From: Chamaesiphon sp.
GTDB lineage: Bacteria > Cyanobacteriota > Cyanobacteriia > Cyanobacteriales > Chamaesiphonaceae
Assembly (NCBI GenBank): GCA_965246715.1
Contig: CBDFFH010000041.1
Coordinates: 72,642-136,641 of the forward strand
DNA length: 64,000 bases
Direction: 5' to 3'
Shown piece after piece: positions 41,101 through 52,249 of the stretch (position 1 is its first letter; each line of letters begins with the position of its first letter). The notes beneath the pieces were generated by a model. That model ran no database searches. It was not told the origin of the DNA and was given only the letters and a program-made list of their open reading frames with translations. The position numbers were made by a program, and so were the translations under genes.

Positions 41101-41622
41101 TTAGCTAAAAAAGCGAATGATAAACGGATAATGAAACAACTTACCCTTCACCGCCTGAATACTTGCAGCGATCGCATTCGTTAATACTAATAAAGTTATA
41201 ACTATGTGGACAAAAATTCCAAACATTGTAACTAATCCAAGCAATGCCTCTAGATTGGTTCGCAAAACATCGCCATAAGTACAGTTAACATAAATGATGC
41301 TGTCGAGTACAACCAAGTACAAGGTAACTGACAAAAGACAGTTCACAACCTCTCTGCCAGATTCTTCGATAAATGGGTGACGACGGCGATTTTGCCTCCA
41401 GATTGTTACCGCTAAAATAATCGATAAAAGGCAACCTAATACTGGCGAAAAAAACAGGAAGCCGAAAAATATATTTAAATTCTGCTCGACCTTAGCAGAT
41501 TGTGGGAGTATTTTAGGGAATATGGCTAGGATTCCAATTATTAGCGGTTCCCCACTTAAAATTGCCAGATGGCACCACATCGCACAGTAGCAAATTTTTC
41601 GATCGAGAGGTGAATTACTCAT
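41101..41622 (-). CDS. DUF4870 membrane protein
   Basis: AMWCHLA, HPFIEESGREVVN, GKLFHYPFIIRF. Confidence 0.85.
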   Translation of the reverse strand: MSNSPLDRKICYCAMWCHLAILSGEPLIIGILAIFPKILPQSAKVEQNLNIFFGFLFFSPVLGCLLSIILAVTIWRQNRRRHPFIEESGREVVNCLLSVTLYLVVLDSIIYVNCTYGDVLRTNLEALLGLVTMFGIFVHIVITLLVLTNAIAASIQAVKGKLFHYPFIIRFFS

Positions 41623-42402
41623 TGAGTGACTTTATCTGAGCAAACTAACAGTGATGTCTGGATATCGATGCATGATTCTGGTGGAAGTTTGTCTAATAGC
41701 TTCATTTGCTTTACCCAAAGTCAATAATCGGTCGGCTCGTAGCCGATCGCGCGCCACTGAGTAGTTGATAAAAATCGATCGGTCTAACAGGAACACTACC
41801 TCACAAAGTTGCGTCGGATGACATAGAGCAAGGATGACTTAAAGATTTAACCCCGACAATCCCCCCAATCGACCCACCCGCCATCATGACACACTGGCGA
41901 GATAGCTACACTGCTGCGGCAAAACCTGTAGAGTGCCAACTGTCAAACTACAAAGTAGGCAATCCGATCGCAAATGGGCATAGGTACAGTCGCAAATTAC
42001 CGAACTTTAGATAAACAGCAAATTCCATAAATCGGTTATTTAAAATACAAATTATAAATCATTTAAGCGCGATCTGATTTCGGTCGTGCCTGCTCTGGTG
42101 TCTACATAAAAATGAAATGAGTAGCAGCTAATTTTCGAGCTATTTAGTAAGATTTTTGGATATTTTTAGACGATCGAGCGATACTCATTCACACTCATCA
42201 TCTATGGCTCCGTAGGCGAAGCAACCCTCTTGAAATCTTCGATCGTTACTTTAGTCACGGTTGAATGAAAATTAAATCGTGACCTTAGCAGGAAGCTTAT
42301 CTTAAATAACAATCATAGAATAGATAAATATCGATCGCGCAGCAATTTTTTTAGAGTTGGGTCGTCGAATATTTACTAGACTCATCAGAGCCGAATTCAG
42401 AT

Positions 42403-42723
42403 ATGTTGAAATTAACATCAGTTATTATGGGGCTGCTTGCTGCGGCAAGCCTCGCCCAGCCATCACTAGCAGCCACTAATGCTAGTAGTCTCGCCAACCC
42501 AGTTGTGGCTCGACCTGCCGACAATCTCCAAGCTCAACTAATTATCAAGATTGGTGACAATTCGCGCGATAACGACCGTTACCGTTATTCTGACCACGAT
42601 CGCGAACGGTACGAACGGGAGCGATGGGAAGCAAAACGCCGCCGCTACCAAGAGTATCGCGAACACCGTTCTGACAGATACAGGGAGCGGTATGAAGATC
42701 GGCATGACAATTATCGACGTTAA
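42403..42723 (+). CDS. Secreted low-complexity Arg/Asp/Tyr/Glu-rich protein
   Basis: Signal peptide (..PSLA) and repetitive charged tail. Confidence 0.72.
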   Translation: MLKLTSVIMGLLAAASLAQPSLAATNASSLANPVVARPADNLQAQLIIKIGDNSRDNDRYRYSDHDRERYERERWEAKRRRYQEYREHRSDRYRERYEDRHDNYRR

Positions 42724-42762
42724 TCCGAATCAAGCAGCTAACAGACGATTTGCTGTGGAACT

Positions 42763-42806
42763 ATTCAGGCGAGGGAGGTTCGAGCGCGAGCCTCCCTCGC
42801 CTGAAT
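42763..42806. terminator. Hairpin between convergent genes
   Basis: attcaggcgagggagg / cctccctcgcctgaat. Confidence 0.78.
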
Positions 42807-42821
42807 TAATTTAGGCTAGAT

Positions 42822-45800
42822 CTAGATATTGTCGCCTAATTTAAATGGGGATTGATGCATTTGACCGATCGCTTGCGTGAGATGTTCGATCTCATTCAAT
42901 AGTGGCGCGAGCATCGCCTGCATGGGTAATTCAGTCGACTCAAAGCTACTGTTAGCAATTACTTCTTCGACTTGGAGCGCTAATTGCGCGATCGCAACAG
43001 CACCGACATTGGCACTAGCACCTTTGATCTCGTGGATATGGTGTTCGATCGTCCCTACATCTCGATTGGCGAGTGCCGCGCGCACGATTTGCAATTGTTG
43101 TTGGTTATTAGTTACAAAAACTTGCAAGATCGCGCGCTCGAATTCAGCATTACCTTCAGATAGTTCGTGGAGATAGTTTAGATCTACAGGCAATTCCGGC
43201 GGATCGACAGGAGCGAGCTGCCGCGCTTGGGGCAAGTTCTGACTTACCTGGCTACTTGGTGCGGCAGTGATACTTGCATCGTTATTTGACGATAACGATC
43301 GGGTACACTCAGCGATCTTGGCAGCAAGTTCTTCCTTGCGCACGGGTTTAGATAAAAAGTCGTCCATTCCGGCTGCCATTGCTAATTCTAGATCCTCTTT
43401 CATGGCACTTGCCGTCAGGGCAATCACGATCGTGTGACGCAGATTGCCCTCATTTTGGCGGATTCTTCTGGTAGTAGCATAGCCATCGAGTCTGGGCATA
43501 TGACAATCCATCAAGATCGCATCGTAATCTTGGCAGGCAATCTTCGCCAGTACCTCTTCGCCATCGCAGGCGAGATCGGCTTCATAGCCCAAATTTTTGA
43601 GTTGATTGAGCGCGACTTTCTGATTGATCTTATTGTCCTCCGCCACGAGGATCCGCAAGCCAATTTGTAGTTTTTGTGGCAGTGGTGGCTTGGGTGCGGT
43701 CGCATTTTCAAACGATCGAGTTGCATTAGCAGCATTCGTGGCGTTCGATTCGGTAAATTTATTGAGGATCGCCAGCGGTTTGGCGGGTTTGAAGGAGTAG
43801 CCAGCAATCTTCCCTTGCTTGAGAAGCAGTTGGGCGCGATCGTATTCATCGAACGCCACCGTAGCAATTATCCGCAGATTAGCTAGTTCGGCATAGCGCC
43901 CGATCTGCTCTGGCAAGGAGATCTCGGGGCTATCGGGGAAGATCGGATCGGTGATGAGTAGGTCGAATGGCTCGCCGCCGCGCACCGCCTCCAGTAGGAG
44001 ATTAGTCGCGGTAATTGTCGTCGTCGTCGTACTCACGATCGCCCCATAATGTTCTGCCGCTGCCGCAACTGCATAACGACTATGATCCCAATTTCCGGCG
44101 ATCAGTAAGCGCTTGCCCCGGATCGCCCGCGTGAGTTTGTGACTGTTTTCTGCGTCCTGAATATTTTCTGCGGTGACACTTGCCCGACTGCAAGTGAGTG
44201 TGAACCAAAAAATCGATCCGGCATCTGGCGCGCTAATTACGCCGATCTCGCCGCCCATCTTTTCGATCAACCGCTTGGATATTGCCAATCCCAATCCCGT
44301 ACCACCATATTGCCGAGTCGTAGAAGAATCAGCTTGGGAAAATGATTGAAAAATTTTGTCTTGACTATCGGGGGCGATCCCGATACCCGTATCCTGAACT
44401 TGAACGTAAAGTGTCGTCTGCCGATCGGTAGTCGCGATCGCGCTAATATCGATCGATACTCCGCCGCGCTCGGTAAACTTAACGGCATTACCGATTAAAT
44501 TAGTTAATACTTGATTCAATCTTGTCGGATCGCCTTGGAGATTGTTCGGAATATTTTGTTCGATCCGGCAACTTAATTCGATGCCTTTAGAATAAGCATT
44601 ATTGGCTAAGACATCGATCGTCTGCTCGACGGTGTTAGTCAGATTGAAGTTAATCTTTTCTAAGTGCATTTCACCTGCTTCGATCTTAGAAAAGTCTAAA
44701 ATTTCATTGATTACTGTCAATAAGTTATCCGAACTACCCCGAATGACTTCAACGAATTCTCTTTGTTCTTCGTTAAGATTGGTTCCTAGCAATAGATCTG
44801 TATAACCGACTATTCCATTCATCGGCGTGCGGATTTCATGGCTCATATTTGCTAAGAAAGCACTCTTCATCTTGCCAGCTGCCTCTGCCAGTTGCCGCGC
44901 TTTTTCTAAGGCAATATTTTCTTTAGTTAATTCTTGCCGACTATTCCGTTCGCGTTCGATCAATAATGATTGTAGTTGTTTAGATGCGGTGATATCTTCA
45001 ATTACTAATAAAAATCCCGATACTACTGAAATCTCTTCGATCTTTTTACCATCGATGATATCACGCTGGATTTCCTGCCAATTAAATAACGGCTCCAATC
45101 GCAGTGTGAAAATCTTGTCGTTATGTTTGACTTCTTTGGCTGGCAAACTCCGATAAGTATGTAGATCGCGGAGATGATTTTCCCACTCTTCTAATGTCAG
45201 CCAGTTGGGAATCAAGCAGCGCTCGATTTTATCGCCGACATTGATATTTAAGAGTTGCGAAGCTACCGAATTACAAAACCATACCGTTCCGTCTAATTCG
45301 GTGGCTAATAGTCCCATCGATAAACTATTGGCGATCGCCGTCTGCGCGGATTGTGCTCGGCCTAATTCAGCTGCGAGGGTGGCTAATTTAGCAACTTTAC
45401 CAACAGGAATCGGCGAAAAATGTGGGTTGTCTTCAGCAACGATCGTGCGGGCGACTAAGTTAATTTGATGGGTTTGCCACAGTCTGTCGATTTCGCGTTT
45501 GACGAGAAAGTCAGTGTATTGACGCTCGAAATAAGCGACTCCGATTGTCGTCAGTAAAACGAGCGCGATCGGTGAGGCTACTGGGAACCAATAATTATTG
45601 GCTAAAGCTACCGTGACGAGCGCCACCCAACCCCCACTTAAGGCTAGTACACCTAGCAATCTTTGGCCGTGCGAGAGCCGACTGAGTCGATCGCTCAAAA
45701 TCGGACTAACGCCTAATAAAATTAATAGCAACCATTCATTGGGGATGATTTGTAATTGATTGCGTTGGAGGAGATTATCGACGACCGCCGCATGAAGATA

Positions 45801-46619
45801 AATACTGCTTGCCCCTTCTCCGCGATCGAATGGCGTATCGATCCGATCGATCCCACCAGCAGTTACGCCAACTAAAATAATTTTGTTATTAAATCCTTTT
45901 TCCAGCAACTGGCGATCGCGATCGGTCTTCGGATTTAGGAGCGAACTAAATGAATAATGATGGGCATTACTGACTTTACCCGGCCAATTAATCCAGAAGT
46001 TACGATCGTTGGGCGGACGTTCGATTTCTGGATAGTTACTCAGATTGTATCCTTCGATCGTCATCCAAGCTAGGGAATAAGTCTCTTTTTTATAGGGTTG
46101 AACTTGTCGGATCGTCCCATCGTTACTTTTGACTTTATCGATGTGTCCGACAGCTTGAGCTGCGGCTTTTAATCTCCGGGTGGGCGCAACAAGTTTGCCA
46201 TTGCGATCCCAATTTTGGGCGAGGATGACAGCACCATGTTTATTAATTGCCTTAATAAATTCGTCATCAGCAGGTGTCATATTGCTGAAAATATCTTCAA
46301 AGGCGATCGTGCTAGCTTTTGCTTTATGCAGAATATCAATCGCTTTGGCATAATAATCGCGATTGCCTGGTAAATCTCTAAATTCAGCAACGCTAGCATC
46401 GTCGATCTCAACCACCACAACGCGATCGTCCCAAGCTCGCTCTCCCCGCAGCTCAGTCAACCGATTGTATGCGAAATCTTCCACTGGTTGACTGGCACCT
46501 AGTTGCACTAAGCCAATCGCGATCGCTGCCGCTATCGGCCCAGGCAGCCACCGCCAGACAGATCGCAGATTCTCTGGAAACTGTTGCGACAGGTTGGTGA
46601 ATCGAGTGAGATAGTTCAA
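42822..46619 (-). CDS. Hybrid histidine kinase CHASE2-PAS-HisKA-HATPase-REC(degenerate)-REC-Hpt
   Basis: [52 protein letters not shown]. Confidence 0.93.
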   Translation of the reverse strand: MNYLTRFTNLSQQFPENLRSVWRWLPGPIAAAIAIGLVQLGASQPVEDFAYNRLTELRGERAWDDRVVVVEIDDASVAEFRDLPGNRDYYAKAIDILHKAKASTIAFEDIFSNMTPADDEFIKAINKHGAVILAQNWDRNGKLVAPTRRLKAAAQAVGHIDKVKSNDGTIRQVQPYKKETYSLAWMTIEGYNLSNYPEIERPPNDRNFWINWPGKVSNAHHYSFSSLLNPKTDRDRQLLEKGFNNKIILVGVTAGGIDRIDTPFDRGEGASSIYLHAAVVDNLLQRNQLQIIPNEWLLLILLGVSPILSDRLSRLSHGQRLLGVLALSGGWVALVTVALANNYWFPVASPIALVLLTTIGVAYFERQYTDFLVKREIDRLWQTHQINLVARTIVAEDNPHFSPIPVGKVAKLATLAAELGRAQSAQTAIANSLSMGLLATELDGTVWFCNSVASQLLNINVGDKIERCLIPNWLTLEEWENHLRDLHTYRSLPAKEVKHNDKIFTLRLEPLFNWQEIQRDIIDGKKIEEISVVSGFLLVIEDITASKQLQSLLIERERNSRQELTKENIALEKARQLAEAAGKMKSAFLANMSHEIRTPMNGIVGYTDLLLGTNLNEEQREFVEVIRGSSDNLLTVINEILDFSKIEAGEMHLEKINFNLTNTVEQTIDVLANNAYSKGIELSCRIEQNIPNNLQGDPTRLNQVLTNLIGNAVKFTERGGVSIDISAIATTDRQTTLYVQVQDTGIGIAPDSQDKIFQSFSQADSSTTRQYGGTGLGLAISKRLIEKMGGEIGVISAPDAGSIFWFTLTCSRASVTAENIQDAENSHKLTRAIRGKRLLIAGNWDHSRYAVAAAAEHYGAIVSTTTTTITATNLLLEAVRGGEPFDLLITDPIFPDSPEISLPEQIGRYAELANLRIIATVAFDEYDRAQLLLKQGKIAGYSFKPAKPLAILNKFTESNATNAANATRSFENATAPKPPLPQKLQIGLRILVAEDNKINQKVALNQLKNLGYEADLACDGEEVLAKIACQDYDAILMDCHMPRLDGYATTRRIRQNEGNLRHTIVIALTASAMKEDLELAMAAGMDDFLSKPVRKEELAAKIAECTRSLSSNNDASITAAPSSQVSQNLPQARQLAPVDPPELPVDLNYLHELSEGNAEFERAILQVFVTNNQQQLQIVRAALANRDVGTIEHHIHEIKGASANVGAVAIAQLALQVEEVIANSSFESTELPMQAMLAPLLNEIEHLTQAIGQMHQSPFKLGDNI

Positions 46620-46697
46620 GTTTAATGACTGGGGTTCGGTGGGCGCGGCAATAATCGATCGCTGAAGATCGCTCTAGTTTCATAGAATACCTGCAAT

Positions 46698-47828
46698 CTA
46701 AGTACTTGCAATCGGCAACATAGCGGTTAAAACCGCTCGAATCGCTGCATCTGAAACTAAAGTTCCGGTCGAATCCCCTACTTCATAAGCGATCGTTTTC
46801 GTCGCCCCAATTGTAGTAGGGAGGATAAATATTCCTTTACCAGCTTTAACTTTTTTATCAGATTTGAGCGTTTCAATAATTTTAGCTAAATCGATGGGCG
46901 GTAGTTCGATCGCTAAATCTGCTTTTTGAATTACGGCTTCTTGTCGTTGTGCCTCAGTATCCGTCCACAGTTGGAGCTTTACAGCCAATCGTCCGGCTGC
47001 CACCATCCCTAAAGCCACAGCTTCACCGTGATTTACTTCAGTATAGTTAGTCACGCTTTCGATCGCATGACCGATCGTATGCCCATAATTGAGCGTTGCC
47101 CGCAGTCCGGTAATTTCGTGTTCGTCTTGACTGACAACAGCTGCTTTTGCTCCAGCCGATCGTGCTAAAATAGTAGCTATAAGTTCTAAACTAACATCGC
47201 TCTGCTTGAGTCTACGAGACTGCTCCAATCGCTCGAACAAGACTCGATCGTTAATAACCCCATATTTAATTACTTCGGCCATTCCCGCCCGAAATTCTCG
47301 CGCTGGCAGCGTCGCCAAGACTTCTGGATCGGCGAGCACTAGTCTCGGTTGATGAAACGCACCGATCAGATTTTTCCCTTTGGGATGATTGACCCCGGTT
47401 TTACCGCCGATCGACGAATCTACCATCGCGAGTAAGGTCGTGGGCACCTGCACCACATTGATGCCCCGCAGCCAGGTAGCTGCCGCAAATCCCGTCATAT
47501 CTCCAATCACGCCACCACCCAATGCTACCAGGGTAGACGAGCGTTCTAGCCCATTTGCCAGTGCGAGATCGTGGATGTGTTCGATCGATTTAGGCGTTTT
47601 ATAGCGTTCGCCATCTGGCAATTCGCAGGATGATACTTCAAACCCAGCTTGTCGCAAAGATGCGAGCGTCTGTGCCCCATACAGTTTAGCTACTGTGGGA
47701 TTGGATACTACCATCACCTTCTGACCCAATTGCAGCGCGCGGCACTTTGCCCCCAACCGATCGAGATTTCCAGCAGCGATCGAAATATCATACGAGCGAT
47801 CGCCTAAATTGACTTGAATCGATTCCAT
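46698..47828 (-). CDS. aroB: 3-dehydroquinate synthase
   Basis: [36 protein letters not shown]. Confidence 0.96.
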   Translation of the reverse strand: MESIQVNLGDRSYDISIAAGNLDRLGAKCRALQLGQKVMVVSNPTVAKLYGAQTLASLRQAGFEVSSCELPDGERYKTPKSIEHIHDLALANGLERSSTLVALGGGVIGDMTGFAAATWLRGINVVQVPTTLLAMVDSSIGGKTGVNHPKGKNLIGAFHQPRLVLADPEVLATLPAREFRAGMAEVIKYGVINDRVLFERLEQSRRLKQSDVSLELIATILARSAGAKAAVVSQDEHEITGLRATLNYGHTIGHAIESVTNYTEVNHGEAVALGMVAAGRLAVKLQLWTDTEAQRQEAVIQKADLAIELPPIDLAKIIETLKSDKKVKAGKGIFILPTTIGATKTIAYEVGDSTGTLVSDAAIRAVLTAMLPIAST

Positions 47829-47957
47829 GAGCGATGAGTTGTGAATATATCTTAAATTGTAGATGTCCGAGGCGATGATTCGATCGGCTGTCTTATATCC
47901 GCTACGATCCAGTCAATGATTTAATATTAGATGAATAGTTCTTATGGAGATAAATTC

Positions 47958-48053
47958 ATGTCTGGAGCGATCGCTTATCTAGGCTTCATGGGTATCATGT
48001 TTGGGATTGCCATGGGTCTGTTCTTTGGATTGAGAGCAACTAAGCTAATTTAG
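47958..48053 (+). CDS. petL: Cytochrome b6f subunit PetL (31 aa, below the ORF-track cutoff)
   Basis: MSGAIAYLGFMGIMFGIAMGLFFGLRATKLI*, GGAG RBS. Confidence 0.85.
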   Translation: MSGAIAYLGFMGIMFGIAMGLFFGLRATKLI

Positions 48054-48088
48054 GGGATAGGGAATAGGGGATAGGGAATAGAGGATAG
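48052..48088 (+). repeat. STRR heptamers (GGGGATA/GGGAATA)
   Basis: Tandem 7-mers; similar tracts near 6908-6928 and 33584-33612. Confidence 0.8.
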
Positions 48089-48188
48089 TGGCTAGTAACT
48101 AGTGTATCAAGCCATCCACTCACCCGCACCCCCTTACCCTTTCACCCTTTCACTCCCTTACCTCATCTTCACACCTCAGAACCTTGCG

Positions 48189-49004
48189 ATGAAATCTTAC
48201 CTTGCTGCTGCGATTCAAATGACGAGTTTGCCAGATCTAGAGAAAAATCTGGCTCATGCAGAAGAACTAATCGAACTAGCCGTGCGTCGGGGTGCTGAGT
48301 TGGTTAGTCTGCCCGAGAATTTTGCTTTTCTGGGTACTGAAGAAGATAAGATCGAACTGGCTCAAACAATTGCGACGCAAACCGAAAAATTCCTCAAAAC
48401 AGCAGCCCAAAAATTTCAAGTCACCTTAGTCGGTGGTGGGTTTCCGGTACCTGTGGGAACTGAGGGTAAGGTCTACAATACCGCATTGCTAGTCGGCCCC
48501 AATGGCGAAGAACTGAGTAGATACGAGAAGACACATTTATTCGATGTCAATCTTCCGGATGGCAATACCTATCGCGAGTCGAAAACTGTAATGGCGGGGC
48601 TAAAATTGCCCGATGTGTATCACTCTCCCGACTTAGGCGGGATCGGTTTATCAGTCTGCTATGATGTCCGGTTTCCAGAGTTATACCGCCATTTATCCAA
48701 ATTAGGTGCGGATGTGTTGTTTGTGCCAGCAGCATTTACTGCTTACACTGGTAAAGACCACTGGCAAGTTTTATTGCAAGCTCGGGCGATCGAAAATACC
48801 TGTTATGCGATCGCTCCCGCACAAACTGGCACCCACTATGCGATGCGTCAAACTCACGGACATGCGATGATTATCGATCCTTGGGGGGTTATTTTAGCTG
48901 ATGCTGGCGATTTACCTGGTGTTGCGATCGCTGAAATCAGTCCCGAGCGCCTGCTCCGCGCCCGCGCACAAATGCCCTCACTCCAGCATCGCGTTTTTGC
49001 TTGA
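48189..49004 (+). CDS. Carbon-nitrogen hydrolase (Nit1-like)
   Basis: LPENF, YEKTHLFDV, VCYDVRFPE, ARAIEN. Confidence 0.92.
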   Translation: MKSYLAAAIQMTSLPDLEKNLAHAEELIELAVRRGAELVSLPENFAFLGTEEDKIELAQTIATQTEKFLKTAAQKFQVTLVGGGFPVPVGTEGKVYNTALLVGPNGEELSRYEKTHLFDVNLPDGNTYRESKTVMAGLKLPDVYHSPDLGGIGLSVCYDVRFPELYRHLSKLGADVLFVPAAFTAYTGKDHWQVLLQARAIENTCYAIAPAQTGTHYAMRQTHGHAMIIDPWGVILADAGDLPGVAIAEISPERLLRARAQMPSLQHRVFA

Positions 49005-49108
49005 CCTCCCATATTCATAACCCACCAGCTAGATTTTGGGATAAATCTAGCTACAGAGTTTATATTTAATCGATCGACTCGTTATTAACTAACCTAACAG
49101 CAGAGTGT

Positions 49109-49402
49109 ATGACGACTGAGAATATTCAATTATTTAGTATTATTGTTAGCTTGTTATTGGCAGCGATGACATTCTTATTTATCTTTAGGATCGTGTTGAC
49201 TTGGTATCCACAAGTCGAAAGTAAGAAGTTTCCGTTCAATATTGTCATCGCACCAACAGAGCCGTTTCTAGCTCCTTCTCGCAAGCTCATATCACCGATC
49301 GGTGGTGTGGATATTACACCGATTGTATGGGTGGCAATTATTAGTTTGATTCGCGAAGTTCTCGTCGGACAGCAAGGTTTGATTACGATGTTAACTCACT
49401 AA
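49109..49402 (+). CDS. YggT family protein (Ycf19/CCB3-like)
   Basis: RIVLTWYP..PTEPFL..GGVDITP. Confidence 0.88.
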   Translation: MTTENIQLFSIIVSLLLAAMTFLFIFRIVLTWYPQVESKKFPFNIVIAPTEPFLAPSRKLISPIGGVDITPIVWVAIISLIREVLVGQQGLITMLTH

Positions 49403-49504
49403 TAGTCAGCAACTTTTTTAAGGTTATTTACCTAACCTAAGTTGCTACCTATAGAATTGCCAACGATTGAAATCGTTGTGAGTGTAAGTAGCAACTTGGG
49501 TTAC

Positions 49505-50044
49505 CTAAGTTGCGCGGATCAACTCGACCGCATCCTTGCCGTCGTACTCTTGAAAATAAACCTTAATCTGCTCCTCACGAGATGTCGGGAGCTTTTTGCC
49601 GACGAAATCTGGATGAATGGGTACCTGCCGATGACCGCGATCGATCAAGACTGCGAGTAAAATATGTTTTGGTCTACCGTATTCATTGACAGCATTCAAC
49701 GAAGCGCGAATAGTACGCCCTTGATAGATCACATCATCTACTAACACAACCGTCTTGCCAGTTAAGTCTACAGGTATTTCCGTTTTACTTGGCGTTCGCA
49801 ACCCGATCGACTTGAGATCGTCGCGATAAAATGTAATATCTAAGGCTGCTACTGGAACTTTGACATGTTCTAAGATTTCAATCTGTCTGGCTAGCATATG
49901 TGCCAGTGGCACCCCTTTTGTCTGAATTCCGACTAATACTACCTCTGATAAATCTCGACAGCGTTCGCCAATCTCCGAAGCCAATCGCACGATCGTTCTG
50001 CGGATTTCATCAGCCGTCAAGATTTCAACGATAGAATTAGGCAT
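49505..50044 (-). CDS. pyrR: PyrR regulator / uracil phosphoribosyltransferase
   Basis: [33 protein letters not shown]. Confidence 0.93.
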   Translation of the reverse strand: MPNSIVEILTADEIRRTIVRLASEIGERCRDLSEVVLVGIQTKGVPLAHMLARQIEILEHVKVPVAALDITFYRDDLKSIGLRTPSKTEIPVDLTGKTVVLVDDVIYQGRTIRASLNAVNEYGRPKHILLAVLIDRGHRQVPIHPDFVGKKLPTSREEQIKVYFQEYDGKDAVELIRAT

Positions 50045-50527
50045 TGTTTAGAGGATCGGAATTAGCTATTAACTACTAACCATTTTAATGCTTTCGGCAA
50101 AACATAAAGGCATTAATTTGGACGCTTAATAAGGTGGGTATCTCTAGCGAGATCTTTCTCTTAGCATTTTTTCATGCGCCTAGCTTGTAGCAACATTATT
50201 TATGGGAGCGGAACCAAGCCACCATCGATACCTGAGTCTAGCGGTTGACACTCGATCGGTAGCTAGTTTCCCATCCGATCCACGTTCATCATCACAGGAC
50301 AGATCGCTGCCGATTTTCGTTGCAGATTATTAAGCTTAACTCGATCGCGTTGGCAATCGTCAAGGTTTTGCCTAATCTGGATACAGGGTAAATTCCTCGA
50401 CCCGTTGGGATAGCCTAGCGATCGTACTCTAGCAGCTCAAACCTAAATATATCTTCGATCGCCAGTCGATCGACAAGCAATCTAGCAGACTCATAATATA
50501 AATTCACTCCAAAATCCAAAATTGACT

Positions 50528-51109
50528 ATGGCATATCAGTGGTTTAAATCTTTTCATATTGTTGGTTTTACAGTGTGGTTTGCAGGTTTATTTTATTTGG
50601 TACGGTTATTTATTTACCATGTCGAGGCAAATGACAAGCCCGAACCCGCTAGAAGTATTCTCAAAAAGCAGTACCAAATCATGGAAAAACGGCTCTATAG
50701 TATTATTACTACGCCGGGAATGTTATTAACGATCGCAATGGCAGCGGGAATTATTTCGACAGAACCTGAGATTATTCACGAACGCTGGTTGCATATTAAA
50801 ATTGGATTGGTAGTCTTACTGCTCGGCTATCATCACTACTGTAAAACTTTGATGAAAAAACTTGCAGTAGATGAGTGTAAATGGAGCGGTCAGCAACTCC
50901 GCGCGCTCAATGAATTACCTACCCTATTTTTGGTTGCGATCGTGTTACTCGCAATCTTTAAAAATGGTCTGCCTACCGATATTACTGGTTATCTAATTGT
51001 CGGATTGGTGGTGTTAATGGCTGCCACAATTCAACTCTATGCCCGCAAACGTCGCTTGGATGCTGAAAAAATAGCAGCCGATCGAGTTACTACCGAGTTA
51101 GGTGTATAA
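50528..51109 (+). CDS. hemJ: Protoporphyrinogen oxidase HemJ
   Basis: YQWFKSFHIV..WFAGLFYLVRLFIYH, RALNELPT. Confidence 0.93.
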   Translation: MAYQWFKSFHIVGFTVWFAGLFYLVRLFIYHVEANDKPEPARSILKKQYQIMEKRLYSIITTPGMLLTIAMAAGIISTEPEIIHERWLHIKIGLVVLLLGYHHYCKTLMKKLAVDECKWSGQQLRALNELPTLFLVAIVLLAIFKNGLPTDITGYLIVGLVVLMAATIQLYARKRRLDAEKIAADRVTTELGV

Positions 51110-51171
51110 GAACCAATCTAGGAAAGGTGGGCAATGTCCACCATTTTTAGTTAAAATAATCAGCTATTTAA

Positions 51172-51885
51172 ATGCAAACTAAATCAAACTATACATCTAC
51201 AGATATTCAAGCAATATTCAATCGGATCGCCCCGGTGTACGATCGCTTAAATGACGATCTGAGCTTTGGCATTCATTGGGTTTGGAAACAAATGACTGTA
51301 GCATGGAGCGGAGCTAAGCCGGGAGATAATTGTTTGGATTTGTGTTGTGGTAGTGGCGATATCACCCAACTATTAGCAAAACAAGTCGGCCAGACTGGCA
51401 AGGTTATCGGTGCTGATTTTGCTCCCGCTCAATTGGCAAATGCAGCAGCAAGAATTACCCAGATTTATCCACCATTAACTCAAATTGAGTGGGTAGAAGC
51501 TGATGCCTTAAATCTCCAATTTGAGGATAATTATTTCGATGCGGCCACGATGGGTTATGGTTTACGCAACGTTACCGATATCCCGCGTTGTTTGCAAGAG
51601 TTACATCGAGTGTTGAAAGCTGATGCCCAGGTCGCAATTCTCGATTTTCATCGCCCCGATAGTGCTGTCATCCGGCGCTTTCAACAATGGTATCTAGACG
51701 CGATCGTCGTGCCTAAAGCAACAGCATTGGGCATGATGGATGAATACGCTTACTTAAACCCCAGCCTCGATCGATTTCCGACCGGACAAGATCAGGTGAG
51801 ATTAGGTTTAGCCGCAGGGTTTAACACAGCGGTACATTACCCGATCGCGGCTGGAATGATGGGTGTATTAGTCTTAACGAAGTAA
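51172..51885 (+). CDS. menG: Demethylphylloquinone/menaquinone methyltransferase (UbiE/MenG)
   Basis: IAPVYDRLND.LSFG.H, LDLCCGSGD, GYGLRNV. Confidence 0.88.
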   Translation: MQTKSNYTSTDIQAIFNRIAPVYDRLNDDLSFGIHWVWKQMTVAWSGAKPGDNCLDLCCGSGDITQLLAKQVGQTGKVIGADFAPAQLANAAARITQIYPPLTQIEWVEADALNLQFEDNYFDAATMGYGLRNVTDIPRCLQELHRVLKADAQVAILDFHRPDSAVIRRFQQWYLDAIVVPKATALGMMDEYAYLNPSLDRFPTGQDQVRLGLAAGFNTAVHYPIAAGMMGVLVLTK

Positions 51886-52249
51886 TCGCATGATGTTTAA
51901 ATATATCTTATTTAAATTTTAGCCAACTAACATTCTGTTAAAATAACAATAATTTACAGCGTTTCAATCTTGCACCTAGCTTCGTTATATATATGGTAAC
52001 TTTTTAGCACCGATCGATTTGTTCGCAGCTATAGTTACCAGCAAGATTTCCCGCTAATGCTCTCCCTCCAAGTTTCCATATTTGCTCCGCTACTGGCAAT
52101 ACCAAGGGGCTACAGGGCAAAGTTTATCGAGGAAATAGCACGTTCGCTCGGTAGTAAAATCGGAACGGTTAATACCAGCATCTCGGAAACGCCAACTGAT
52201 ATCGGGCCAAGCCAGGATCGATGGTGTAGCTAAAACTGAAGGTCAGCCC

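Noticed and set aside
41623..42402. Hidden gene in the 780-bp gap
   Set aside because: Only short, stop-interrupted frames; no family recognised
42877..45468. Many 60-120 aa antisense or overlapping ORFs here and within other long genes
   Set aside because: Shadows of well-supported genes with no motifs of their own
50045..50521. PyrR attenuator or riboswitch in the pyrR-hemJ spacer
   Set aside because: No recognisable PyrR-binding loop or riboswitch consensus
52057..52233. Short ORF upstream of the PAS kinase
   Set aside because: No RBS or recognisable motif; compatible with chance
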